A stretch of 27,195 nt of DNA, from contig JAWQFM010000006.1 of the NCBI GenBank assembly GCA_033442325.1, positions 1,160,630 through 1,187,824 of the forward strand, read 5' to 3'. The DNA comes from Salpingoeca rosetta. Lineage: Eukaryota > Protista > Choanoflagellata. Position numbers and translations under genes: made by a program. Every line of letters starts with the position of its first letter. The first letter of the stretch is position 1. This document shows positions 1 to 15,107 of the stretch, one piece after another. A model generated the notes under the pieces. The model ran no database searches and had not been told where the DNA came from. It saw only the letters and a program-made list of their open reading frames with translations.

Positions 1-31
<31 letters not shown>

Positions 32-46
32 GTCGTCGAGTAGTAG

Positions 47-111
<65 letters not shown>
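1..111. repeat. (GT)n microsatellite, intronic, with short interruption
   Basis: Direct reading; lies in an intron of the CDK gene. Confidence 0.95.
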
Positions 112-114
<3 letters not shown>

Positions 115-228
115 ATGAGTGGGTGCCAGCGAGATGTGAGGTACCGTGGAAGCCAACACCTGAGTGCGACAGTCAACAATCGCACTCAACAAACGCAACC
201 ACGGGCCATGGTGGCGCAGCTGTCGCAC

Positions 229-757
229 CTCCATCAGGTGGCGCATGAACTGGCGGTAATGCTGGTCTGTCAGCGTCACGGGTGCACTGGGCTCAAGCAG
301 GCCGGTCAGATCGTGCTCCATGTATTCCAGCACCTGACAGCGGAAATACGCACAACGTTGTTGTTTGGTGTGGTGGTGGTGGTTGAGGGGGGGGGGGTGT
401 TGGCATGTGTCGATTGCATCAATCAGCGTACAAGAGACCGCAACCGCGGCACACGTACACAGACACATGCCCACGCATTCGCACACACACACACGCGCGC
501 GCGCGCGCGCGCACGCACCATGTAAAAGGAAGCTGCGTGGGCCTTGTGGTCGAGGTGCATGAGCGGGGCGTCGACGTCTGCGAGAACGCCGCACAGACTG
601 ACGACCGCCGGGTGGTGCAGCCGTCGCAGCAGTCGTATCTCGCGCAGCGCAGTGATCGGGAATCCTGCAACGCACAGCAAGGGGGCACGCGGCACCGTGT
701 AAGAACACATTTGTGTGATTGTGTGATTGTGTGATTGTGTGATTGTGTGATTGGTCT

Positions 758-800
<43 letters not shown>

Positions 801-984
801 TGCGTCTGTTCGTTGTACATGTGTCACACACACACACACGCACACACACAGAGCTTGACACACATTCCCTCCCACCTGCCCCTGTTTCTTCCCACCTTGT
901 GATTCAACGTCCATCTTGATGCGCTTGAGGGCAAAGACGGGCCCATTGGCGTCCTTACGTGCGCGGTATACCTAAACACCACAC

Positions 985-1060
<76 letters not shown>

Positions 1061-3399
1061 GCACGCACGCACGCACACGCACACAGTAAAATGGATGAGA
1101 ATGACAACAATCAGGGCGCGCGTGCACGCTCTTCGTTGATGGAGCTGTGGCCCATCGTACGCACGCACATGCACAAATCACCACGTTTATGCACACATCA
1201 TCACGCACATGCAAGGGCGTGTGCACAGACGTACGCACCTCGCCGAAGCTTCCTTCTCCAACTTGCTGCAGGTCTGAAAACTGGCCAACAGTACCCGTCA
1301 ACCATCGAGGCAGGTCCATCTGCTGTTGTTGCTGCTGCTGCTGCTGTTGGTGTTGGTGTTGTTGTTGTTGTTGTGCTTGTGTGTGTGATTGCTGCTTATC
1401 TGGGCGCTCTCCACCCTGCTCCCTCTCCTCTGCGCCACCATCCTGGCCATCTTGCTTCTTCGCCCTTGCGTCCTTGCTCTGTGCCTGCCGCTGCTGTGCG
1501 GGTGTGCTGCTGTCCTCCCCGCCCCCAGGGGACTGGCCGCGTTTTGTGGGCGACGCCATCTTCTTTTTCGCACCGGGCAGCTCCCCAGCACTCTGCACGC
1601 AAGGCAAGGCCACCACGCCAGACACAGCCCACGAGACGCAAGGGGTGAGCGATAGCTATCGAAGTGACACTTGCCAATCGATCACCACACGCACGCGCGC
1701 ACACACGCGCGCACACATACACACACACACACATACACATACACACAAAGCCACATACACACAAAGCCACACAAAGCAAATACCGATAGCCAGTGCGGTA
1801 TGTGCACACAAAACTGCAAGAGCACGCGCTCAACAATGTGGCCTTTCGACTGCGACACAATACCACCGATGCACACAGTTATCACTACAAGCTTAACTCA
1901 CGCACACACACACACACAACCACACGCACACACATTACCAAGGCTGACCCACATCTATTGCCCGTTTTCGCACCTGCTTCCGCTTCTCTGCCATCTGCTT
2001 CTTTGCTCTGACAAACATGTCCAGCCCATGATCTCTCCTGCTTGACGCTGGTGTCGACGACGATGAGCCAGTACCCGCCCTCCTCCCTGGTGTTGTTGTT
2101 GATGTTGTTGCTGCGGCTGCGGCTGCCGTTGTTCTCGCCGCTGTCGCTGCGGTCGTTGATGCAGGCTTGCGGGATGAGCGTGGTTTGCGGGTCAGTCGCT
2201 CCGGGGCGGGGGAGCGGCGGCTCCGGTCGCCGCTGGCAGACCGCCTGACAACAAAGGGGGAGATGAGGAGAAGGAGAAGGAGAAGGATGGAAATGTCAGT
2301 GCACATCGACACAGAAAACATGAAAACACACACACATGCACATGCACACACACACACACGCACACACACACATGCGAACACTCTCGACACAGGAGCAAGC
2401 AGACACAACGCACGAGCGGGACCTTGGCGGGCTGCGGCGGCGGCCTTTCCTGCGACGGCCGGGGCTGGCGGACTCAGCACCTGAGCTGGAGTCTGACGGG
2501 GACGACGGCGACGAGGGTGACGATGATGGCGATGACGGCGAGGAAGGCGACACCTCGCTGGAGTGGCTGCGGCGGCGCGATCGACGGCGGGCCCGCCCAC
2601 GACCCCGGCTGCGGCTGTCATGATCGTCGTCATACGAGCTGGCGTAGCTTGAGGACGACGTGTAATCATCATCATCATCGTGGTCGTCGTCGTCGTCATC
2701 GCTCTCGTACGAGGAAGATGCGTGGCGCCGGCTGCGAGACGACGTGTGGTGATGGCTGCGCGTGCTTCCTCGCCCACCATACCGACCGCGTCGATCACCT
2801 CCTCCCCCACCTCCGCCGTGCCTGTGGTGGCCGGACCTCCGCCTGGGTTGCCGGCGGTCTGGACGGTGCGCATGGCGCGGGCGCCTGTCGTGCCTGCGTG
2901 GGCTGCCGTAGTCATCGTGCGGGACAACCTGATGCTGACGGCGGTGTTGGTGGTGATTGCGATGCGGGTTGCGATGGTGGGTTTGGGCGTGATGCCTGTC
3001 GTCACGGCGAGGCAGCCGTCGCTGTTGGTGCTGGGCATGCTCGATATGGCGACGGTGGTCACGCGAGTGGGATCGCCGCGACCTCGAACGCCCTTCTCCT
3101 CCTTTCTTGTGTTGCTGCGAGCGTTTCGACCCTTCCTTGTCTTGCTGCCTCTCCTTCTTCGCGGGACGCTCCCTACTGCGGCTGCGGCTGCGGCTGCGGC
3201 TGCGGCTGCGGCTTTGCTCTGGCTGCTGCCTGGGTCGATCACGCTCAACGGCGCTGCCGGCGCCCTCACGGCCCTCTGGCTTGGCTGCGGGTGGTGGCGC
3301 CGCTAATGGTGGTTGTGTGGCGGTGCGAAGCGGAGACCGGGACCGCGAGGTGCGCCCGCGGGGCCGACTCCGGTTGCGGCGTGGGTGATCGCGCGGCAT
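229..3399 (-). CDS. CDK12: CDK12/13-like transcriptional cyclin-dependent kinase with N-terminal RS/His-rich region (partial, continues beyond left edge)
   Basis: Phase-consistent GT-AG exons 3399-2414, 2244-1974, 1592-1239, 971-896, 664-519, 333-229. Spliced kinase N-lobe: VGEGSFGE|VYRARKDANGPVFALKRIKMDVESQ|GFPITALREIRLLRRLHHPAVV...SFYM|VLEYMEHDLTGLLE...FMRHLME. PITALRE alone suggests the CDK9/12/13 group; the long RS N-terminus and FMxxLME favour CDK12/13. Confidence 0.82.
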
Positions 3400-4424
3400 G
3401 GCGCTGCTGCTGCTGCTGCTGCCTGCTGCTCAAACTGGGTGATGTGGCAACATGAACGTTGAAAGAGCAACGAAAACCGGGGCATGAGATGGCGGCGAAG
3501 CAGCAACAGCCACAAGACGACGCAGCAGCCGTGGCAATCGCAACGTCAGAACCGCGAGAAGGAGGGAAGACGAAAACAAGCAAAACCGAGCGCGAGCTGT
3601 TGGGTGAGGAATACATAGAACACAACACAATAGCCTAGAACACGCTGCCAGAAGGCGCTGGTCGTGCGCAAAGCCTTTGAACCCGTCAAAGAGGAAGCAG
3701 AGGGTCTTGCGAACGTACTTACCGCAGTGCACGCGTTGTAAGGGGGCAACGCTTCCCTGCCGACCTCGTTCCTTTCCTTGCTTCCTTGGCACGGCTGTGT
3801 GCAAATGTTCTCGTGTACCTACCTACCTACACACACGCACACACACACACACACACACACGCACGATTGCCCGGGGGCCTTTTTTTCCCCCTTGCTTGTC
3901 GCGATGTGCGAGCAGTGATGCACTGCTGCTGCTGCTGCTGCTGCTGCTGGGGGAGATACAACGTCCGTCCGCCGTTCCACGCAGCACCCCTTGTTCCTTT
4001 CCCTTCCTTTTCCTTTCCTTTGCTGCAAAAAGCAAAAAAGCCCAAGCCACCCTAAATTCAGGGATTGATTCCTTGCACAGCCAACAAGCCAAACCAAACA
4101 AGGCGAGCAGGCAGGCCTGCCAAAGAGTGCGCGATTTCTGCCGGGTTTGCCCCCAAGCGTCGTGCACATTGTTGTTGTTGTGGTTGTTGTTGTCGTTGTT
4201 GGCTGGCTTGGTTTGTTGTTCTTCTCCTTGCCCCCACGCACACATCACCCACACACATATCACACACACACACACACACACATATCACACACACACACCG
4301 CACATCGCACTCGACCGATTCATGCCACAACAGCCAACAACAAGGCTGGCCTCACGATCACCTTTTCATTAGACACACACACACACACACAAGACACCAA
4401 GCGATTCGCCGTAAACACACAGCA

Positions 4425-6228
4425 ATGAGAAATGGCGGCAGCCCCAGCGGAGATGATGGCAAGCGGGAAGCTCGACATCGCCCACGCCGCTTGTCGCTGT
4501 CTGCCTTGCACACGCGAGAAGTGAGCGTGGATGCTGCTGTCACAGGCCCAGCCTCACCCCAGCTCCAGCGGCAGCGGCAGCAGCAACAAGTGCCGCGAGA
4601 GGGCCGCCAGCCAGATGCCCGTGCCAGCCAGCCCTTCCAAGGCTCGACACAAGCACAACAACCACCCCACTCACCACACCTGCTGCCGCGCACACAGCAA
4701 CAACAGCACCACCAACAGCAGGCGCAGCAGCAACAGTCGCAGCAACAACAACAACGCCGGCGACACTCACTGCTCGTGGGTGCAACCGCAGGTCGACAAC
4801 ACACGGCACCCTCCTCCTCCTCCATCCCATGCGCAGCGACAGCAACGGGCAGCAGCAGCGATACGACCCCACCACACTGCCTTCCGGCCTCGGATGGGTT
4901 CTCCGAGATGGCCACAATGCCGCCGCGCGCAAGCCGTCCACCGCGCCCACCATCGACGTCCCCGCCTGCTGTGCGGCGCCGACCTGGAACCGCACCCATG
5001 ATGCAACTGGTGACCAGCCCACCGCCGCCGCCATCATCACCCCATGGCGGAACGGCAGCACCCCCTTCCACCACATCCACGCCTGCGTCCTCCGCGGTCG
5101 CCTCGCCGGCGATGATCCGCTCCCAGCGGCCCGCACCTTTGCTGCTGGCATCAACGTCTGCGCAGTCTGTTGGCGCTCCGTGGTCGCCCCCGCCAACCAA
5201 CTCCCCAATGAGCCCGCCCACACACAGTGTACAGACAGGCGCTAGCACTTTTGCCACTTCCTCCTTCTTTGGCGGGCCGCCGCCGTCCACGGCCCACGCG
5301 TCGTCCGCCTTCAGCCACGGCCACAGCAGCAACGGAAGCCCGCGCGGCCGCCGCGGCAGCCGTGGCATGGACGCGCGCATGGCCATGGTGGGGCAGTCGA
5401 GCTTCCGCACGCATCAGCAGTCGCCAACCATTGGCCTGGCCTCCCCGTCGACATCGCCCTTCTCCCCTGCAACCACCATGCCGATTGTGCGCTTCCCGCA
5501 CTCGACATTGGGGCCCATGGCCTCTGGCGGTGGCAGCACGCGGCCTGGGCCCGTGTCCCCGGGCTCGGTCTCCCTCATCGCCGTGCCCTCTCTCACACAG
5601 TCGACTCGCACCAGCTTCCAACCGGTGCAGGACCCACGTGGCCCGTCGCGCACCCAGGCTGCCGGGACCACCCCGCCCAAGCGACACGGCAGCAGCCAGC
5701 GCAGAGACGTGAGTGGAGTTCACTTTGTGTATGCACGCATGTGTATTGTGTTGTGTTGTGTTGTGTTGTGTTGTGTTGTGTTGTGCATGTGCACGATTGA
5801 ACTGTATGCGCAATGGGACATGGAGCCACGGAATGTCACGGACATGCTTTTCCAACTTGCTCGCACTCAACACGTGCCCAACCCCATATTCGCCTCACGT
5901 CCTCTTTCCGACCTGCTGCACCACTCCTCCTGCCTGCATGCCTGCACATACGCGTCTGCACAGCAACGCCAGCACCACCGCAGCGCATCCTGGTGCGGCG
6001 GGGACGAGGAGGATTCCTTTGCAAAGACTCCCTTCCGCTTCACCGTAAGTGTCACCCGCCATTTCCTCATCTTTGCGGGTCTTTGTCGTCTGCATATGAC
6101 TGACGGCTGTTTGGCCCTGTTGTGTCCTGCGTTTCACTTGCGGTCCCCCCCCCCAAAACACCCTAACGCTAATTATTCTCAACCAACATGTGTGTTATGT
6201 GTTGTGTGTGTGTGTGTGATGTGTGTGT

Positions 6229-6268
<40 letters not shown>

Positions 6269-7415
6269 GTGTGTGTGCGTGTGTGTGTGTGTGTGTGCGC
6301 TGGATTTTTTTTGTTTGTTTGTTGGCAGCCGACGCGTGACTGCTCCATCTCGCCCCGCTCAACCCCGAGCCCCAGCAGCATTGATCCATACATGCGCGGC
6401 CTCTCGCCCCGCCAGCCGTCGGCGTCCCCAAGCAGAGGCGTATCCCGGACAGCAAGAGCAAGCCCACGCGCACCAACACCACCACGATTCAGGTACTGTC
6501 ATTCCACACTCAAGCATGGTTGATGTCGGCTGTCCTGGAGCTGATGGCCCAATCACTATTACGCCCCATGAGCACAGCAACACAACAGCAGCTACATACG
6601 CGTGCAATGCAAGTGCATGCTCACATTCACACACAAATACGCGCACGCACACACCACCATTCACACGCACTCACCACACCACATTCACACGCACGCACAC
6701 TCACACGCACTCACCACACCACATTCACACGCACGCACACGCACACGCACTCATCATTTTTGTTGTGTCTGTGGTGTTGTTGGACGACGCTATGGCAGGG
6801 GCGACCGCTGCGATCGCCTGCGCAACGAAGTTCGCGAGATGCTGTTGCAGAGTGAGCTCGACAACCTGACTGCAGAACACGTCAGGACACTCATGATGGT
6901 AAGCGCACGTGTACACGCTTGAGGGATGAATGCGTTCGAGGAACTGTGGGCACCTGAATGGCATTTGCCCTTTAGACACACACACACACGGATTGCCGTA
7001 CTCAGCACACACACACACACACACACACATTCACATTCACATTCACATTCACATTCACATTCACATACTCAACTCACACGCGTGCGCACGTGTTCTGTTC
7101 TCCTGTTTGCTTCTCCCCCTCCCCCGTAACCCTTTCCCAAACCCTGTGATGTGCTGTGCTGTGCAGGATGACGGAACCGTGGTGCCGATTGAAGCGCCAG
7201 TCAAGGACGCGGCTGCCGATGCCGAGAAGCGCGCAGACGGCTGCTTTCCCGGTGATGCAAAGGTCCTAGCCAAGCGCCAAACCCCGCGCACCCCAGCCGT
7301 GTTCTCCCCCGTTAGCTGTGCAAACACAGCATAGCTCTAATCAACTTCCTCGGTCGCCTTTCCTTTAGGCCACAACCGCCTGTCTCCAAACCCACACAAG
7401 GACTTGACTTCATGA
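4425..7415 (+). CDS. Ser/Pro/Gln-rich disordered protein, candidate FAM117/GLCCI1-family member
   Basis: Phase-consistent exons 4425-5708, 5964-6044 (QRQHHRSASWCGG...), 6329-6492, 6799-6898 (DRLRNEVREMLLQSELDNLTAEHVRTLMM), then 7167 onward. 3' end is ambiguous: unspliced stop at 7334, or intron 7252-7368 (CTAAT branch-like, tttag acceptor) with stop at 7415. Gene is well supported; family call is tentative. Confidence 0.62.
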
Positions 7416-8848
7416 CCACTGCCCTGGCATCCTGCTTTGGCAACCATGCGCGCCTTCCCCCCAATCCCTTTCGTGTTCATGATCTCGTGTCTTCTTGCTG
7501 GTATCGATTCTTGGTTTTTTATTTGTCTCGCGTCTTGTGACTACCGGTTCCTTGCTACTGTCGTCCTCGCTCTAGCTTTCCGTTCTCAGGTACATGCACA
7601 TGCACGCGCGCGCACACATTTTGCACACGTTTACACTTGCACACATGCACACGTTAACCCATGCGCGTGCTTTTTGTTTCGTGAACCGTGTCCTTGGGCT
7701 GGCTTGCTTGCCACAACGTGTGGTGCGACGTTTCGCCGATGCCACCAATGCATCCATATGCTGTTGCCCTCTTCTTGCTGCGCTTCCTCCGTGTTTGTCC
7801 TCTCGCTTGCTTGCGTTTTTCTGCCGCCGCCTGAGCACCTTGAAGTGGTTTTGTCTGCTTTGGCCTATTTTGAACTCCAACTTCCTCTCTGTACATGAAT
7901 GAATGTGCTGTTGCGTGTCAAATTACACATTGATGCAAGGTTTTCACTCCCTCATGCCCTCGCAAGCTCTGTGTGTGCCTTTGTGTGTGTGTGTGTGTGT
8001 GTGTGTCTGTCTCTGTCTCTGTGTTTCTGTGTGCGTGCGTGTGTCTCTGTGTCAGTGTGTGTGTGTGTGTGCGTGTGTGCGTCTTCAGTGTGTGAGCGTG
8101 ACTGCCTCTGGCAGTCGCTCTGTGTGCCTGTGCGTTTACGTCTGTCTGTTTGTCTGCCTGTCTTCCTACCTGTGTCAACTACCTTTGCGTTGGCACAAGT
8201 ATGCGTGTGTAAAAATCATCTCACCAGATATGCGCAATAGAAAAACGGGGTCACATCACGTCAGCCCGAGAGGCATGTCATGACACTTCATACGGTAAAA
8301 ACCAAGCGAGCAAGCATAATCACGGGAACAAGAGGCACCAAAACCTCAAAACACGGGAACCGAGGTGGGGGAGGGGAGTATACGTAGGGGACAGACAGGA
8401 CATGCATGAATGGCAACGAGCATGCGGGGGAGAACCACAAATGCGAATGGAGCACCGCCAAAACGCAGCAAAAACAGCGCCATTGACGTCACCAACAGCA
8501 GCAGCAGCAGCGACAGCAGCAAAGCCAACACCGCGATGCAAGAAAGAGGCACGGCATGAAAGAGCCCAACTATCAACCGATGAGGCACTGGTGACGAGGT
8601 GTGCATGGGGGGACGCAACTCGAACCAGGTCGGAAGGACCTGCAACACAGCCGAAGCAACAACACCAACCAGTGGTGTCACTGCCCAGTTGCACAACAGG
8701 CGCACTGGGGCAAAAGGGGGAAGGGCCGCGTGGGACGGGGAAGCGGAAGAAGTGGAAGGCAGACAGAGGAGGGGAAACACAAGTGTCCAACCAGCCACGC
8801 GAACTCAAGAAGTGGTAGAAGGGACGCAACACTCAGAGGTGGGGCTGC

Positions 8849-10465
<1,617 letters not shown>

Positions 10466-11182
10466 CGTGCGCCTTGCTTGCTTTCCTGCTTTGTAAGGAG
10501 CGTGGGGGGGGGGGTTGCCAAGCCGGCAATGAGCTGTGAACGAGTGAATGCAATCGACGTCAAACGCTTGCTTCCTTGCTTGTTGGCCCTCCCTTTCTTC
10601 TCCGTCAGTCAGCGGCCGGTGGGAGCTGATGGTGGTGAGAGCACAACAAAGTCTGGTTCAGCTGGCTGGAGTTGGGGGTCAACAAGTGAAAAGAAGGTGC
10701 GTTGGTGTCTGTGTGCTGTTTCTTGTGTTCTTCTGTTGCCTTTTGCTTCTTGACAACCACGACCCAAACGCCCCCAAGAGGGAAATTTTGTCGTTGACGC
10801 CTCGCAACATGTGCGAGATGTTTCGTGGCAGCCACTGTGCGCGTGCGTGTGAGTGGCTGGCTGGCTGTTTGGTTGTGCACTTATCCTCCGTCCATCCTTC
10901 TTTCTTACCCCCCCCCCGACCTCTCCTGGCATCCCCATCACCCTTGACTTGCCTGTTGTCTTTTTCTTTCTTGTTTTGTTAGTGTTGATAGCAGCAACCA
11001 CAACAAAAGGAGACGAAGAAGAATGCGACACCCCGGCATACACGGACACCCAATCCAATAGAACCACTGGCGCATGAGGAATGACGCTGGTGGTTCACCC
11101 TTCACGGCCAGCACAAACAGCCTCCTTTGTCATCGCCGATCATCACCAGTTCATGGTTGACACAGGTCCAAAGGTGCTCTGC

Positions 11183-12163
11183 TTAGTTGCGCTGAACCTC
11201 AAAGACGACGTTCTTGCCCGTGAGCTTGTTGTACACGGTGGAGTAGGTCGCAATCTGTTCGCATGCAGCGTCGGTCAAAGCGAAAGGAAGCACAACACAT
11301 GGAAAAAAAAGGCACGGGTGAGTCAAGCACCAATCGTGGAGCCAGTCGACAAACCTTGCTCGATTGAGGGCACAGTGACAATGAAGCGCAGTCGAGAACC
11401 GAGCATTGCGTCGCTCTTAAGCAGGATGGTGCCACACGACAAAGACAACGGTGCACACGATAGGCAATCACACGCATTAACATGCACCAACATCCACACA
11501 CGCCCACATCGGTAAGCATCACAGGCATTCATGCACAAGAGCCAGACCTTGTCAGAGTCGTGAATCTCCTGGTGAAGGAAGACGCGGAGGAGGCGAGAGC
11601 CATCGTGGCGGTACCGGATGCGCTTGCCAGTGATCTCGTTGGGAAAGACAATGTCGTCGAGGATGGCCTCGTGCACGGCGGTGAGGGTGCGGCTGCGGGG
11701 GCGCTTCTGCTTCAGGGCCACTGTGTTACGGGTCTCCTTGCGGATGATACGGCGCTGTGCAATGATGAACACGCTCTTGCCGCTGAACTTCTTCTCGAGC
11801 TCCTCAATCAGCGATCGCTCCTTGATCAGCTTCTGGTACTTGGCCAGCTGGGGAACGGGCACGAAGATCAGGATTGCCTTCTTGTCGGCGGTGATGTCAA
11901 TCTCCTGTGGGACAGGTAGCAAAACCCGAAAAAAAGGGGGGTAATGATGAGTGTGCATGAACAGTTCAGAACGTGCGAGCTCGTGTTGGATGACTTGGGA
12001 ACAGGAACAGAAACCACGCAAAGGCGTCGTCACGTGCTTCGTGGGCGAAGAACATGCGTGTACAACAGCGTGTCATGCTCCAGCTCATGCACACACACAC
12101 ACACACGAGCACGGACAACGGCCCATCCATGACAGCATTGCATGCAAAGCAGAAGCGACAAGG

Positions 12164-12197
<34 letters not shown>

Positions 12198-12716
12198 CGA
12201 CGACGACGACGACGACAGACAAATGAACAAACAAACAAACCTTGGCGGCGCAGATGACAAGCTCGCGGACAGACTCCTTCAGCTTCTCAGAGTTGAGCTG
12301 AAGTTCGTAGAGGGCCTGAACGCGCAAGCAAAACCAAACGAGGCACACAGCACAACAACCACACACGGCAAGCATGGGATGAAGTGAGATGGTGAACGAA
12401 ACTGGTGGACACCATGACAAATGCAAACTCAAGGCTGCAGTGGTTGCCGTGTTGGTCATGAAAGCAGACACCCTCATGCATCAGCACGACACCACACGCC
12501 ACAACAAAGCACGGCCCATGGTGGATCTCGCCCTGCAGGACTCGCGCAGCCATCAACGGAACCACGTGCACCGACCACGAATGACCACGCTGCTCAGAGC
12601 GACACCTCCACCACACCTCCACACACCTTGGCGACATCGTGCTCCAGACGGGTGGGCTCCTTGGCCTTGTTGTCCTTGCCGCGGGACTTCTTGATCTTGT
12701 GGCGTGCCGTGAGCAT
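11183..12716 (-). CDS. RPS7: 40S ribosomal protein S7 (eS7), 197 aa
   Basis: Exons 12716-12627, 12315-12241, 11904-11548, 11254-11183 (594 nt). Hallmarks [68 protein letters not shown]. Confidence 0.97.
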
Positions 12717-13960
12717 GTCTGTTGTTGGTGTTTGGGATCAAGTTGCACGCACTGGTGGGGAAATCCACAGAAGAGACAAAAGGCGTGGACAATAGGATAG
12801 AGCAGGGCACGCAACAGCGAAAGGCGACGACACGTGCGAAAAGTGAGTGATGACATGGGGCTTCTGCCAACGATACAAGGGAAGAAAAACACACCGTTGG
12901 GGGAGAGAACCCCAAAGGCACTGACACCAACGACAAACACACACACACGCCCACGGTGTAAATGTGCCGGCGTTGACACGTCGCCGAAACTCCACACAAT
13001 GCCACTATCCCCCACCACCACCCTGCTTGTCATTGCCCTCATGCCATCACAAGCAACTATGCGCTGTCTAGCTGTTGGTGTGGTTCGTGTGCTGCTGTTG
13101 TGATTAGTTGCCGCTGCTGCCAGTTTGAACCATGGTTCTGGTGGCGATGCTGTGGTTTGTTGTCTGTTCTGCCACTCAAACACACACCAGGCGGCTGCAG
13201 CACCAAGTCAGTGCAGCGTCGTTGAAAAAGTTGCTGGCGTTGCACTTGGGGGTGCAGGAGCACTGCATTACATCGTACACAGAGTGTTCCGAGCTGCAAG
13301 GGAAGGGGCCTTTCTGCACCTTCCTCTCAACACAAGCCTCGCACTGGTGTCACCGCCGGGTGCTGTCGCTGCTGCATCATTTGCACCACTGTCACGAACG
13401 ACAAGTATGTTGTGTGCAAGCTCACACACATACACGCATCTGCACTGTGCTGTTGTTGGCTGTGGTCGCTGATGCTGTTGTTGGCAGGCACGGAACACAC
13501 TGCAGCCCCTCTGTTCGGTCATGAGCACAGGTGCTTGCACACCGTGTGTCTCCACCATACACGCCTCCGCCACGCACACCAAACACGCACCACGACCCAC
13601 TCTCGTCGCCGCTTGCTTGGCTCACCTGAAGGGGGTGAAGCGAGAGCCGACCGGAGGGAAAAAGGCAGACGGCATGTGCGCTCGGTCTATTGTGTACACC
13701 AAAGTGCAGATTATTGCTTGAAAACATTAGTTAATCATCCACGTAGCAGTACTCGGTCTAACCTGAACTTGGAAATTGCTGATGTCAGCAAAAACCGCAC
13801 AGCCAAATTAAAACAGAAACCGCCCACTCGCTCGCCAACCAACGAACCAACCAACCAAACCAACCAAACCAACCAGCCAGCCACAGCCAGCTCAAGCAGC
13901 ACCTTCTCCCTCTCCTTTCTCTCTGCCTTTTGATGCAACTTGCTACTCCTTCGTCTTGAG

Positions 13961-13996
<36 letters not shown>

Positions 13997-14167
13997 AGGT
14001 CGCATCATCTCAGCACGCCGAGCGCTCACATCGCCTGTGTGTGCACCACAAGCACTTGTTGTAGCAGGTGCAAATCGTGCTTGGTTGTCGCCAAAGTCTT
14101 TCACCTCGCCAGCACCAACAGCAGCCCAGCACCCAGCCCCCAAGCACCAGCAGCAACCACAAGAAGC

Positions 14168-14389
14168 ATGTCGACACACAAGTTGATTGTGGTGGGCGAT
14201 GGTGGCGTCGGCAAGAGCGCCATCACCTTGCAGTTCATGTATGAGGAGTTTGTGGAGGACTACGAGCCAACAAAGGCAGACAGCTACCGCAAGAAGATCA
14301 CCCTCGACGGCGAAGAGTGCCAAGTCGACATCTTGGACACGGCGGGACAGGTGTGTGTGTGTGGGGGGGGGGGGTGTCTGGGTGTGTTT

Positions 14390-14460
<71 letters not shown>

Positions 14461-15075
14461 NNNNNNNNNNNNNNNNNNNNNNNNNNNNNNNNNNNNNNNN
14501 NNNNNNNNNNNNNNNNNNNNNNNNNNNNNNNNNNNNNNNNNNNNNNNNNNNNNNNNNNNNTTTAGGAGAAAAAAAAAAACAATCATCTGTGCTCCGTGTC
14601 TGCTGATGAACCAGCTGCACGATCGCTCAGCGTGATCGCCATTTCTGTATCCTCTCGTTGGGGAGCGGCGTCGTGCTGCGGAGGGGGTCGGTGAGGAGGT
14701 GACGATGCGTTGCTGTGATCAGAGTCTCGAGCGCGTCTCCGCCGTCCGCGCTGTAATGTATCTTTTAGTCACAATTCTGTGTTCTTGGGGAGGATTAGGT
14801 AGTCTGCGATCGGCCCGGTCCTCACTTCTTTTCTATTCATTTATCTTTCAGTTCCGTCGGCAGAGCGGGAATGCGTGTGTGTGTGTGTGGGTGTGTGGGC
14901 GGGCGCCACGTCGTGGCATCGTGCCCATCATTGGTGGCGGGCTGGACCTCGATAACACGTGTTCTCCCTGTGTGTTTTGTCTCGCGGTGTGACGCAGGAG
15001 GACTATGCTGCCATCCGTGACAATTACTTCCGCACTGGCGAGGTGAGGGAACGATGCCTATGCCACAGTACCACG

Positions 15076-15107
<32 letters not shown>

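Noticed and set aside
144-158. Possible micro-exon cag|GTGTTGGCTTCCACG|gt after the last CDK exon
   Set aside because: Encoded VLAST does not fit the expected GLxYxH kinase continuation; next exon is probably outside the window.
4065-6869. 934-aa single ORF
   Set aside because: Reads through introns with clear GTGAGT/GTAAGT donors and (GT)n tracts; the spliced model from ATG 4425 is more coherent.
8625-8642. CAGGTCGGAAGGACCTG hairpin resembling SRP helix 8
   Set aside because: Perfect 6-bp stem lacking the AGCAG internal-loop strand and any wider SRP context; lies in the 3' UTR region of the EF-hand gene.
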